Shown: positions 1 to 11,040 of the stretch, piece after piece
Layout of the letters: each line of letters opens with the position of its first letter
Numbering within the stretch: the first letter of the stretch is position 1
NCBI GenBank assembly: GCA_963708795.1
Contig: CAVPUH010000006.1
Location: 34,705-98,704, forward strand
Reading direction: 5' to 3'
DNA: 64,000 nucleotides
Source: an uncultured Actinomycetota bacterium
Lineage (GTDB): Bacteria > Actinomycetota > Actinomycetes > Propionibacteriales > DAIQRJ01
Made by a program: the position numbers and the translations under genes
The notes under the pieces: generated by a model
The model's input: only the letters and a program-made list of their open reading frames with translations
Told to the model about the DNA's origin: nothing
Databases searched by the model: none

Positions 1-90
1 CAGGTCCCAGCCCTGCTCGAGAGCCTGCCGACCAGCCGAGGTGCTGATGATGCCCGTACCACCGATGAACAGAACGCGTCGCGATGTCAT
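1..90 (-). CDS. Rossmann-fold NAD-dependent epimerase/dehydratase-like protein, first 30 codons only (continues beyond left edge)
   Basis: Reverse strand ATG at 90..88 reads MTSRRVLFIGGTGIISTSAGRQALEQGWDL, a GxxGxxG dinucleotide-binding start. Truncated, so absent from the ORF track. Confidence 0.45.
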   Translation of the reverse strand, partial: MTSRRVLFIGGTGIISTSAGRQALEQGWDL

Positions 91-131
91 GGGGGACAGC
101 CTGCCAGCGCCGTCACCGCTACCCTGACGCG

Positions 132-818
132 GTGTCCGAGCCATCCTCCGAGCCGTCCCCGCCGCCGAGCGGTGACCACCCTGATCGCGTCGATCCGGTG
201 GCTCCCGGGGCTGTGGCGACGGCGAGCGACGACGGCATCTCGGACCGCATCTGGACGATCCCGAACGTCTTGAGCTTCCTGCGCCTGCTGGGCGTACCGC
301 TCTTCCTGTGGCTCGTGCTCGGCCCGCACGCCGACGGGTGGGCGCTGTTCGTCCTCGCGGTGTCGTCGCTCACGGATTACCTCGACGGCAAGATCGCCCG
401 CGCCACCGGGCAGACGAGTCAGCTCGGCACGCTGCTCGACCCGCTCGCCGACCGCGCGTACATCGCGTCCGCGGTCGTGGCGCTCGCCATCCGCGACATC
501 ATCCCGTGGTGGCTGGTCGTCCTCCTCGTGCTGCGGGACATCGTGCTCGCGATCAACCTCGCCGTTCTCCGGCGTCGCGGGTTCGGCCCGCTGCCCGTGC
601 ACTTCCTCGGTAAGGCCGCCACGTTCGCCCTGCTCTACGCGCTGCCGCTGCTGTTCCTGGGCGACGGCGACGGAACGGTCCGGCTGATCGCCAAGGAGCT
701 CGGCTGGGCCTTCACCTGGTGGGGCATCGGCCTCTACTGGTGGGCGGCGATCCTTTACCTCATCCAGACTCGTCAGTTGCTGACCCGCACGGCCGCCCGC
801 CCGGCCGTGGGACCATGA
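132..818 (+). CDS. pgsA: CDP-alcohol phosphatidyltransferase (PgsA / cardiolipin-synthase type)
   Basis: ORF 84..818. Motif DYLDGKIARATGQTSQLGTLLDPLADR (D-x2-DG-x2-AR..G-x3-D-x3-D) and several TM segments. GTG 132 is preferred because ATG 84 overlaps the divergent start at 90. Start uncertain. Confidence 0.85.
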   Translation: MSEPSSEPSPPPSGDHPDRVDPVAPGAVATASDDGISDRIWTIPNVLSFLRLLGVPLFLWLVLGPHADGWALFVLAVSSLTDYLDGKIARATGQTSQLGTLLDPLADRAYIASAVVALAIRDIIPWWLVVLLVLRDIVLAINLAVLRRRGFGPLPVHFLGKAATFALLYALPLLFLGDGDGTVRLIAKELGWAFTWWGIGLYWWAAILYLIQTRQLLTRTAARPAVGP

Positions 819-822
819 GGGC

Positions 823-1713
823 ATGCCCGCCCCGTCCGTGACTCGCCCCCGGCGGTCGGCGGACCACACGCCCGGATTCGACGACACCGAGTCGATGCTC
901 GGGATCGTCATGGCGGGCGTTCTCGAGGACTCCTACGACCGGGCGGCCGCGCAGCGGTCCACGCGTCCGCCCACCGGCCACCGCGCGGCACGTGCCCGTC
1001 GCTGGCGATCCGGCACCACCGCGGTCATCGGGCTCGCGCTCATCGGCGTGCTGCTGGCCTGGGCACTCGTACAGACCGCCGGCCAGCAGCCCGAGGTCGC
1101 CGCCGAACAGGCGGCGCTGGTCAAGCGGGTCGACGACGAGACCGCTCGCACCGACCAGTTGACTGCCACCAAGGACGCCCTCGACACCGACGTTCAGCGC
1201 CTCCGCAGCGCCGGCCTCGACGGCCAGGGCTCGGCGCTCGAGGAGTCGCTCACCGATCTCGGCGTGGCCAGCGGCACCGGGACGGTCAACGGACCCGGCG
1301 TCGTCGTGACCGTCGACGATGCCGACCCGGATTCGCTCACGTCGGCCCAGATCGACCCTGCCGGCCGCATCCTCGACCTCGATCTGCAGTACCTCGTCAA
1401 CGGTCTCTGGTCGGCCGGCGCCGAGGCGGTGTCGATCAACGGGCAGCGACTGACCGCGACCACGGCGATCCGAGGTGCCGGCCAGGCCATCACGGTCGAC
1501 TACCGGCCGATGGCGCGGCCATATGTCGTCCGGGCCATCGGTGACCCGAACACGCTGCAGGCGCGTTTCGCCGAGAGCGCCGGCGGTGATTGGATGCAGA
1601 ACCTGAAGGCGACGCACGACGTCAGGTTCGATGTCGCCGGCGCGAAGTCGCTCACCATCGACGGCGACGGCACCAGCCTGCTTCGCTACGCCACCCCGGA
1701 GGCTGCCCCGTGA
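823..1713 (+). CDS. DUF881 family membrane protein
   Basis: ORF 823..1713. N-terminal TM segment, coiled-coil stretch, C-terminal GPGVVVTVDD...INGQRL core typical of DUF881. Position matches Rv1823 in the conserved block. Confidence 0.8.
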   Translation: MPAPSVTRPRRSADHTPGFDDTESMLGIVMAGVLEDSYDRAAAQRSTRPPTGHRAARARRWRSGTTAVIGLALIGVLLAWALVQTAGQQPEVAAEQAALVKRVDDETARTDQLTATKDALDTDVQRLRSAGLDGQGSALEESLTDLGVASGTGTVNGPGVVVTVDDADPDSLTSAQIDPAGRILDLDLQYLVNGLWSAGAEAVSINGQRLTATTAIRGAGQAITVDYRPMARPYVVRAIGDPNTLQARFAESAGGDWMQNLKATHDVRFDVAGAKSLTIDGDGTSLLRYATPEAAP

Positions 1714-2042
1714 TTGCCGCGATCGGACTCGTCGTCGGGGTCGTCGTCGGGCTGATCTTCCACCCCGAGGTCCCGACGTGGCTGCAGCCCTACCTCCCCA
1801 TCGCTGTCGTGGCAGCGCTGGATGCCGTCTTCGGCGCGTTCCGCTCGGTGCTCCAGGGCGTCTTCGACGACCGCGTCTTCGTCGTGTCCTTCCTCGGGAA
1901 CGTCCTGCTGGCCGCGCTGATCGTCTTCCTCGGAGACAAGCTAGGGGTGGGGGCCCAGCTCTCGACCGGTGTCGTCGTGGTCTTCGGCGTCCGCATCTTC
2001 AGCAACGCGGCCGCCATCCGGCGCCGGCTGTTCAAGGCGTGA
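1710..2042 (+). CDS. small basic membrane protein (DUF1290, Sbp-like)
   Basis: GTG 1710 overlaps the upstream TGA (GTGA). Sequence VIAAIGLVVGVVVGLIF...AALDAVFGA...IRRRLFKA. About 110 aa, hydrophobic, lies between two DUF881 genes. Confidence 0.8.
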   Translation: MIAAIGLVVGVVVGLIFHPEVPTWLQPYLPIAVVAALDAVFGAFRSVLQGVFDDRVFVVSFLGNVLLAALIVFLGDKLGVGAQLSTGVVVVFGVRIFSNAAAIRRRLFKA

Positions 2043-2048
2043 ACCCGG

Positions 2049-2900
2049 ATGAGTGACGACGACGCTCAGGTGCCCGGCGCGCAGGCGCCCGGCCTCCATG
2101 AGCAGGCGGCCGAGGTGGGTGAACTCGACCACGAGCACGACACCGGTCGTGCAGGCACCGCCGACGTGACCACGACGATGGCGTGGCGGCGGCTCCGCTC
2201 GGCGTTCCTCGCAGGCCCACGGCGTGGCCACGTCGCGGCCGCCGCCATCCTGGGAGTCCTCGGCTTCATGACCGTCGTCCAGCTCCAGGCCGCGGCCGAG
2301 AACAACACGTACGTCTCGGCCAGTCGGCCGCAGCTGATCCAGATCCTCGACGGACTCAATCAGCGGAGCAGTCGCCTGCAGGACGAGATCGGGTCGCTGC
2401 AGACCGAGCAGCGTGATCTCGAGTCCGGCGCCACCAGCGACCGCGCCGCTGCCGATGCCGCCGAGAAGCGCGCGAAGACGCTGGGCGTGCTCGCCGGCAC
2501 CCTGCCGGCGAGCGGTCCGGGCATCCGATTGACGATCTACGACCGCAAGGGCGGCGTCAGCGCGGCACTCATCCTCAACACGATCGAGGAGCTGCGCGAC
2601 GCCGGCGCGGAGGCCATCGAGATCAACGACACCGCGCGGGTCGTCGCGAGCACCTCCTTCGTCGACGCCGGCGGTGCGATCGTCGTGGACGGCGTCCGGC
2701 TGACGCCGCCTTACGCCATCGAGGCGATCGGCGACCCCGCGACCTTGGCCACCGCCATGCGGATTCCCGGTGGGGTGGAGGACGAGGTGAGTCAGGTCGA
2801 CGGTTCGACCAGCGTCGTGCAGCTCGACAGGGTCGAGATCGAGGCGGTCCGACCGGTGGCCAAACCGCGGTACGCGAAGCCGACAGCCGGGACACCGTGA
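2049..2900 (+). CDS. DUF881 family membrane protein (second copy)
   Basis: ORF 2049..2900. TM segment AAAILGVLGFMTVVQL, coiled coil, then SGPGIRLTIYD...INDTARV core paralogous to 823..1713. Confidence 0.8.
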   Translation: MSDDDAQVPGAQAPGLHEQAAEVGELDHEHDTGRAGTADVTTTMAWRRLRSAFLAGPRRGHVAAAAILGVLGFMTVVQLQAAAENNTYVSASRPQLIQILDGLNQRSSRLQDEIGSLQTEQRDLESGATSDRAAADAAEKRAKTLGVLAGTLPASGPGIRLTIYDRKGGVSAALILNTIEELRDAGAEAIEINDTARVVASTSFVDAGGAIVVDGVRLTPPYAIEAIGDPATLATAMRIPGGVEDEVSQVDGSTSVVQLDRVEIEAVRPVAKPRYAKPTAGTP

Positions 2901-3065
2901 CGATCACCGCGACGGTGACCGATACTTGGCCGTCGTCGGCGGGTAATCCTTCGACGAGCCACCCGGGCGTGATTCGATGCCCGGCCAGCATGTCCGAGTT
3001 GTACCCCGAGTTCTGTCCCCAGCTGCACCCCGAGCCAACAGAGATGGATTGAGGCGAACAACCGC

Positions 3066-3464
3066 GTGGACGGTCTGTATCCCGACGATCGCAAGTACAC
3101 CGTGGACCACGAGTGGGTGCTGCCGCTGGAGTCCGAGGGCGCTCCCCGCGTGCGCATCGGCATCACCGACTACGCGCAGGACGCGCTGGGCGACATCGTC
3201 TTCATCGACCTCCCGACCGTGGGCGACCGGGTCACGGCGGGGGATCCGTGCGGTGAGCTGGAGTCGACGAAGAGTGTGAGCGAGCTGTTCGCGCCGGTGA
3301 GCGGCACCGTACTCGCGACGAACGAGGGACTGACCGACGCGCCTGAGGTCGTCAACAGCGACCCTTACGGTGAGGGCTGGCTGCTCGACATCGAGCCGGA
3401 ACAGCCCGAGGACGTGGACGAACTGCTCGAAGCGGACGCCTACCGATCGACGTTGGGGGAGTAG
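3066..3464 (+). CDS. gcvH: glycine cleavage system H protein
   Basis: ORF 3066..3464 (GTG). YTVDHEWV start and lipoyl-lysine motif ELESTKSVSELFAPVSG. Confidence 0.95.
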   Translation: MDGLYPDDRKYTVDHEWVLPLESEGAPRVRIGITDYAQDALGDIVFIDLPTVGDRVTAGDPCGELESTKSVSELFAPVSGTVLATNEGLTDAPEVVNSDPYGEGWLLDIEPEQPEDVDELLEADAYRSTLGE

Positions 3465-3605
3465 CCGCATCGCCCGGTAAGGTCGTCGATCCGGCTGGCC
3501 CCCGTCGGCCGGACGACCGGGCCGGTCGGCCCTGACGCACGATCGTGGCACCGCCTAGACTCGCGGCCACGACCATGGATCCAGCTCCGAGACGGGAGGC
3601 TCGAC

Positions 3606-4112
3606 ATGCCGTTCTGCAGGAAGTGCGGACACGACAATCCGGCTGAGGCGCGCTTCTGCTCCCAGTGCGGAACTGCGCTGACATCCGAGGCACCGTCCGA
3701 GCAGACCTCGACCATCCCCCCGGCGAACGCCGGGGAGGCAGAGGAGCGGGAGAGCCTCGGCACCCCCGAGGAAGCCGCCGCGGTCGCCGCACTCCGGCCC
3801 GGAACGGCGATGTTGGTCGTACGGACCGGCCCCGAAGCGGGAAGCCGTTTCATGCTCGACAAGCCGGTCGTCTCGGCCGGCCGGCACCAGACGAGTGAGA
3901 TCTTCCTCGACGACGTGACAGTGTCTCGCCGGCACGCCGAGTTCGTTCGCGGGGATGCGGGCTACACCCTGCGCGACGTCGGCTCGCTCAACGGGACCTA
4001 CGTCAATCGTGACCGCATCGACGAACTGCTCCTCGGCGACGAGGACGAGGTGCAGATCGGGAAGTTCCGGCTGGTCTACCTCACACCATCGGAGGGCTCG
4101 ACGGCGTCGTGA
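3606..4112 (+). CDS. garA: zinc-ribbon + FHA domain protein (GarA/OdhI-like)
   Basis: N-terminal CxxC..CxxC (CRKCGHDNPAEARFCSQCG). The C-terminal FHA region is close to my recollection of M. tuberculosis GarA (GRHxxSxIFLDDVTVSRRHAEF...VGSLNGTYVNR...VQIGKFRLV). Confidence 0.9.
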   Translation: MPFCRKCGHDNPAEARFCSQCGTALTSEAPSEQTSTIPPANAGEAEERESLGTPEEAAAVAALRPGTAMLVVRTGPEAGSRFMLDKPVVSAGRHQTSEIFLDDVTVSRRHAEFVRGDAGYTLRDVGSLNGTYVNRDRIDELLLGDEDEVQIGKFRLVYLTPSEGSTAS

Positions 4113-4882
4113 GCGCGATCCTGTCGATCGGCCAGGTGCTTCGGCGTCTGCGCGGCGACTTCCCGGATGTGTCGATCTCCAAGATCCGCTACCTCGAGGC
4201 CGAGGGCCTGGTCACTCCAGAGCGGGCTCCTTCGGGATACCGCAAGTTCAGCGAGGCCGACGTCGAGCGCCTGCGGTTCGTCCTGCGGGCCCAACGCGAT
4301 CACTATCTCCCGCTGAAGATCATCAAGGATCGGCTCTCGGCGGCCGAGCGCGGCCTGCCGTCCGGACTCGACGAGGTCGGCGGCCCATCGCCGTTGCCCG
4401 ACGTCGAAGGGTCCGTCGCGGGAACGGTGTCGGTGCTCGTCGATCCGACCGAACTGGTCGGCACGTCGGAGTTCTCCACGTCGGCCGAGTTCGACGGGGA
4501 CGCCACGACGTCTGGGACGGCGTCGTTGCGGCTCACCAAGGCCGAGTTGCTGCACGAGGCGGGCATCGAGGATGCGGTGTTCGAGCAACTGCTCACGTAT
4601 CGGCTGATCCCGCCGGCGAGCGCCGGGTACTACGGCGCCGAAGCCCTCAGCATCGCGCAGACCGCCGGCTCGCTCGCCTCGTACGGACTCGAGCCGAGAC
4701 ACCTGCGCTCGTTCAAGATGGCTGCAGACCGTGAAGTCGGGCTGTTCGAGCAGGTGCTCATCCCGTTGCGCCAGCGCAACCGGCAGGCGGCCGCGGAGGC
4801 GCTTCTCGACCTCTCGGTGCTGTCCGTGCGACTGCACGCCCTCCTGGTCCGTAGCGCGCTGACCGGTGGCAACGGCCGCTAG
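4109..4882 (+). CDS. ftsR: MerR family transcriptional regulator (FtsR / Rv1828-like)
   Basis: GTG 4109 overlaps the garA stop (GTGA). HTH LSIGQVLRRL...ISKIRYLEAEGLVTPERAPSGYRKFSEADVERLRFVL. Conserved position after garA. Confidence 0.8.
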   Translation: MSAILSIGQVLRRLRGDFPDVSISKIRYLEAEGLVTPERAPSGYRKFSEADVERLRFVLRAQRDHYLPLKIIKDRLSAAERGLPSGLDEVGGPSPLPDVEGSVAGTVSVLVDPTELVGTSEFSTSAEFDGDATTSGTASLRLTKAELLHEAGIEDAVFEQLLTYRLIPPASAGYYGAEALSIAQTAGSLASYGLEPRHLRSFKMAADREVGLFEQVLIPLRQRNRQAAAEALLDLSVLSVRLHALLVRSALTGGNGR

Positions 4883-4972
4883 GCCACGCCGGCCCCGATC
4901 GGCGCATGGTTGTCAGCGGCGGCCGCTGTGCCTGGCCCGTCCGGCGCTGAGCGCGCGGGTAGGCTGACCGAC

Positions 4973-5446
4973 GTGCGCGAGGTCGAGGTGGTCGGAGTCC
5001 GGGTCGAGATGCCGTCGAGCCAACCATTGGTACTCCTGCGTGACCTCGCCGGCGGACGGCTGCTGCCGATCTGGGTGGCGCCGGTCGAGGCGAGCGCGAT
5101 CGCGTTCGGGCAACAGGGTGTCGCGTCCCCCCGCCCGCTGACGCACGATCTGCTCAAGGACGTGATCGCCGCGCTGTCCGACTCCCTGACCGAGGTGCGG
5201 GTGACGAAGATCGTCGACGACACCTTCTACGCCGACCTCGTCTTCGCGTCAGGCAAGACCGTCTCGGCGCGGCCATCCGACTCGATCGCCCTCGCACTGC
5301 GGGTGGGGGCGAAGATCTTCGTGGCCGACGACGTCATGGACGAGGCCGGCGTGGACGAGCCGGAGGAGCAGGAAGAGGAAGTCGAGAAGTTCCGCGAGTT
5401 CCTCGATCAGGTGACGGCCGAGGATTTCGAACCTCCCGCCGAATAG
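4973..5446 (+). CDS. bifunctional nuclease family protein (DUF151, Rv1829-like)
   Basis: ORF 4910..5446. The conserved core starts at GTG 4973 (VREVEVVGVRVE..QPLVLLR...LPIWV...RPLTHDLL...FYADL). Acidic C-terminal tail. Confidence 0.85.
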   Translation: MREVEVVGVRVEMPSSQPLVLLRDLAGGRLLPIWVAPVEASAIAFGQQGVASPRPLTHDLLKDVIAALSDSLTEVRVTKIVDDTFYADLVFASGKTVSARPSDSIALALRVGAKIFVADDVMDEAGVDEPEEQEEEVEKFREFLDQVTAEDFEPPAE

Positions 5447-5753
5447 CCTGCCCGTACGTGTGGCTATGTCCCGATATGAGTCTGACGTTGAGGGTGAGAC
5501 GTCGTTCTGTACTTCGGCCGTAGTCTCATCCTGACGTAGACAGTGAGCTGATCGGACACGCCGTCGAGAGCGTTGACCGACCTCCGGGTGGGGCCTACGG
5601 TCGACTTGCCGGCGTGTGATTCCAACGCTGTGACTCGGTGACGAAGGGGTGGCCTGGCTCGGTCGAGCAGGCGCGCTGTGTCTGCCGGGTCGATCGACGA
5701 GGTTCCAGCTGGGTCTCACCGCCCAGGCCAGCAGTCCCCGGAGGTTCAGAGAC

Positions 5754-6401
5754 GTGAACGGCAACGGCGGCGATACCGGCTCGACCGGCTCCCTCGACAC
5801 ATCGGTTCCGGCGACGGTGCTGCGCGACGACCTGGACGCCACGGCGGCCAGCGGTCAGGCGGCCGAGCAGGGCCTGCTGTTCAGCAGTGCCGACGTGCAC
5901 GTTCCGCTCGATGACGTCGGCTTCCGTGGCCCGGCCGCGTGCAAGGCGGCCGGCATCAGCTACCGGCAGCTCGACTACTGGGCCCGTACGGGTCTCGTGG
6001 CGCCGTCGGTTCGCGACGCGAGCGGATCCGGGTCGCAGCGCCTGTACTCGTTCCGCGACATCCTCCTGCTCAGGGTCATCAAGCGTCTCCTGGTGGCGGG
6101 TGTCTCACTTCAGCAGATCCGCACCGCGATCCAGCACCTCCACGATCGTGGTGTCTCGGACCTCACGCAGGTCACGCTGATGAGCGACGGCGCCAGCGTC
6201 TACGAGTGCACCAGTGACGATGAGGTCATCGACCTCCTCAAGGGCGGCCAGGGTGTCTTCGGGATCGCGCTCGGCGGAGTTTGGCGTGACATCGAAGGGA
6301 CGCTCGCCGAGCTTCCGAACGAGCCCATCGGCGGCCAGCCCGCCCCCGACGACTCCGCCGACGAGCTGGCCGCACGACGGGCCGCCCGCGCCGCCGTCTG
6401 A
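5754..6401 (+). CDS. MerR family transcriptional regulator (Rv1830-like)
   Basis: ORF 5649..6401. GTG 5754 has GGAGG at 5740-5744. HTH AAGISYRQLDYWARTGLVAPS...RLYSFRDILLLRVIKRLL. Confidence 0.85.
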   Translation: MNGNGGDTGSTGSLDTSVPATVLRDDLDATAASGQAAEQGLLFSSADVHVPLDDVGFRGPAACKAAGISYRQLDYWARTGLVAPSVRDASGSGSQRLYSFRDILLLRVIKRLLVAGVSLQQIRTAIQHLHDRGVSDLTQVTLMSDGASVYECTSDDEVIDLLKGGQGVFGIALGGVWRDIEGTLAELPNEPIGGQPAPDDSADELAARRAARAAV

Positions 6402-6403
6402 GG

Positions 6404-6585
6404 TCAGGCGACCTGTTCCGAGGACGTCAGCGCTTCGGCGAAGGCATCGAAGATCGCGATGTCGAGGCATAGGAGTACGGCGCTGCCGGCTTCCAGTCGT
6501 ACACCTGGCCGGCGTTCACGGCAGGGAGCCCCGTCCACGTCGGCACTGCGTCGGAAGCGGCCCGTTCCTTCTCCTGGATGTGACC
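6404..6585 (-). pseudogene. C-terminal remnant of a periplasmic/siderophore-type substrate-binding protein
   Basis: The reverse strand reads ..DAVPTWTGLPAVNAGQVYDWKPAAPYSYA. After a frame change near 6465 it reads LDIAIFDAFAEALTSSEQVA-stop (stop at 6406..6404). No N-terminal part or start codon is present. Confidence 0.3.
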
Positions 6586-6750
6586 TGATGAAGTGAGGGC
6601 AGCCTAACCAAATATGGCTCGACGCGTATGCGGTGGCGAGTCCGGGTTCTGGTCGCGCGGTTCCGCCGCTTCGGATGGGCGCCGGAGCCGGCGACGGGAC
6701 GAGCGCGCGTGATCCGGCGCCGGCGCGTTACGCTGGCGCCTGCCATCGAC

Positions 6751-6965
6751 CGCACGCGGGAGAGACCTGGTCGTACCCGGACCAGGCGCCGAAGGGGCAA
6801 CATCCCCGGAACCTCTCAGGCACCCGGACCGCGTGCGGCAGGCACCTCTGAAGGCGGCCGCCGACAGATGGGGAGACGTCACAGCAGACGCGAGCGCGCA
6901 CCGTTCGATGCGACCCGCGATCAGCGCCCGCAGTGACGTATCGCCCCGGACGTCCGAAGGTGGAA
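6751..6965 (+). promoter_or_regulatory. glycine riboswitch leader of gcvP (one canonical aptamer 6751-6837 plus ~130 nt of degenerate second aptamer or expression platform)
   Basis: P1 CGCACGCGG (6751-6759) pairs with CCGCGTGCG (6829-6837). Inside are GGGAGAG, the ACCTGG/CCAGG stem, CGCCGAAGGGGCAAC, CTCTCAGGCA and CCCGGAC, the conserved glycine-aptamer core as I recall it. Confidence 0.85.
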
Positions 6966-6973
6966 CCGCTCAG

Positions 6974-9861
<2,888 letters not shown>

Positions 9862-9865
<4 letters not shown>

Positions 9866-10614
9866 GTCGTCCGGGCGCCGAAGCCCAGCTCACGCAGCCA
9901 CTGCGCGCACAGCGTCGTCCACTGGCTCACGGTCGGGTCATCGGTGGCGAGCCCGAGGCCATGGCGACCGTGCGGGAAGACGTGGACACTCGCCGACACC
10001 CGGTGGGCCGCCAGAATCGACGCGAGGTGGTAGATGTTGTCGACGTCGAGCACCTCGTCGTCGGAGGTGTGCCAGAGGAAGGTCGGCGGCGTGACCTCGT
10101 CGATCCGGTGTTCGAGTGAGAACTCCAGCTCCCGCCCGGATTGGCCAGCAGGTAACAGATTGAGCGCCGGCGGGTCGAGCGGCAGCCTGACCAGCGAGAT
10201 GCCCGGGTAGCAGAGAACGAGCGCGTCCGGCCGATCGGTATCGGCGGTGCCGGCGAGCCCAGCGAGGTGACCGCCGGCCGAGAACCCGAGCAGCCCGACC
10301 GGTTCGTCCGGCGCTGTCGAACGCGCGATGCGGACGGCCGCCTGAACCGAGGCGACGAGGGCGTCGGGATCCGCGACCGGGACGGTGTAGTCGACGACGC
10401 CGCTTGCGATGCCCAGCCCGGCCAGCCACTCGGCGACCGGGTCCGCTTCGTAGTCCGCCCGCATGACATAGCCGCCACCCGGGAGCACCAGCACTGTGCC
10501 CCGGGATACCACGGGCGACAGCCTGCGGAGCATCGAACCGTCCGAACCCAGCGGAACGGGCGCGGACCATGCGGGATTCAGATCGGGAGTCGGCACCGGT
10601 CCAGCCTGCCGCAT
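9862..10614 (-). CDS. alpha/beta hydrolase (esterase/lipase-like)
   Basis: Internal ATG 10614 of ORF 9862..11022. Nucleophile elbow GFSAGGHLA and VLPGGGY oxyanion-type motif. Stop overlaps the gcvP stop (convergent). Confidence 0.8.
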
Positions 10615-10674
10615 GACAAGTTCCGTGGAAAATAACGAATTGCATATATACGTTGCTACTGATCTAATCACCGC
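10615..10674. promoter_or_regulatory. AT-rich divergent promoter region between the hydrolase and ArsR genes
   Basis: The 60-bp stretch GGAAAATAACGAATTGCATATATACGTTGCTACTGATCTAATCA is far more AT-rich than its surroundings. It lies between two divergent start codons. Confidence 0.35.
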
Positions 10675-11040
10675 ATGCACGCGTTCGACGTTCTCGGCGA
10701 CCCGGTCCGGCGACGGCTGATCGAACTGATCGGCGGCGACGAGGTGACCGCCGGTGCCGTGACGGACGCGGTGACCGAGGAGTTCGGCATCACGCAGCCG
10801 GCGGTCTCGCGTCAACTGCGGATCCTGCGCGAGAGCGGGTTCGCGGTGGTTCGGCCCCAGGGCACCCGCAGGCTCTACTCGCTCGACCGTGACGGGTTCC
10901 GGGACGTGGAGCGATGGATGAACCGAGTGGAGAGCTTCTGGAACACCCGGCTGGATGCCCTGGGCACCGAGATCGCCCGGCAGAACCGTGCCGCCCGAAG
11001 GCCCGGGGCCAGCGACCCACATGAGGAGAGCACGCCATGA
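10675..11040 (+). CDS. ArsR/SmtB family transcriptional regulator
   Basis: ORF 10675..11040. VLGDPVRRRLIELI...ITQPAVSRQLRILRESGF winged-HTH signature. Confidence 0.85.
   Translation: MHAFDVLGDPVRRRLIELIGGDEVTAGAVTDAVTEEFGITQPAVSRQLRILRESGFAVVRPQGTRRLYSLDRDGFRDVERWMNRVESFWNTRLDALGTEIARQNRAARRPGASDPHEESTP

Noticed and set aside
3465-3605. Terminator or attenuator between gcvH and the garA-like gene
   Set aside because: There are only weak, GC-rich imperfect stems with no U tract. This is not distinguishable from background in this GC range.
6838-6965. Confident second glycine aptamer
   Set aside because: Only fragments of the conserved core are present. I cannot fold it convincingly by eye, so it is reported as unresolved rather than as a tandem riboswitch.
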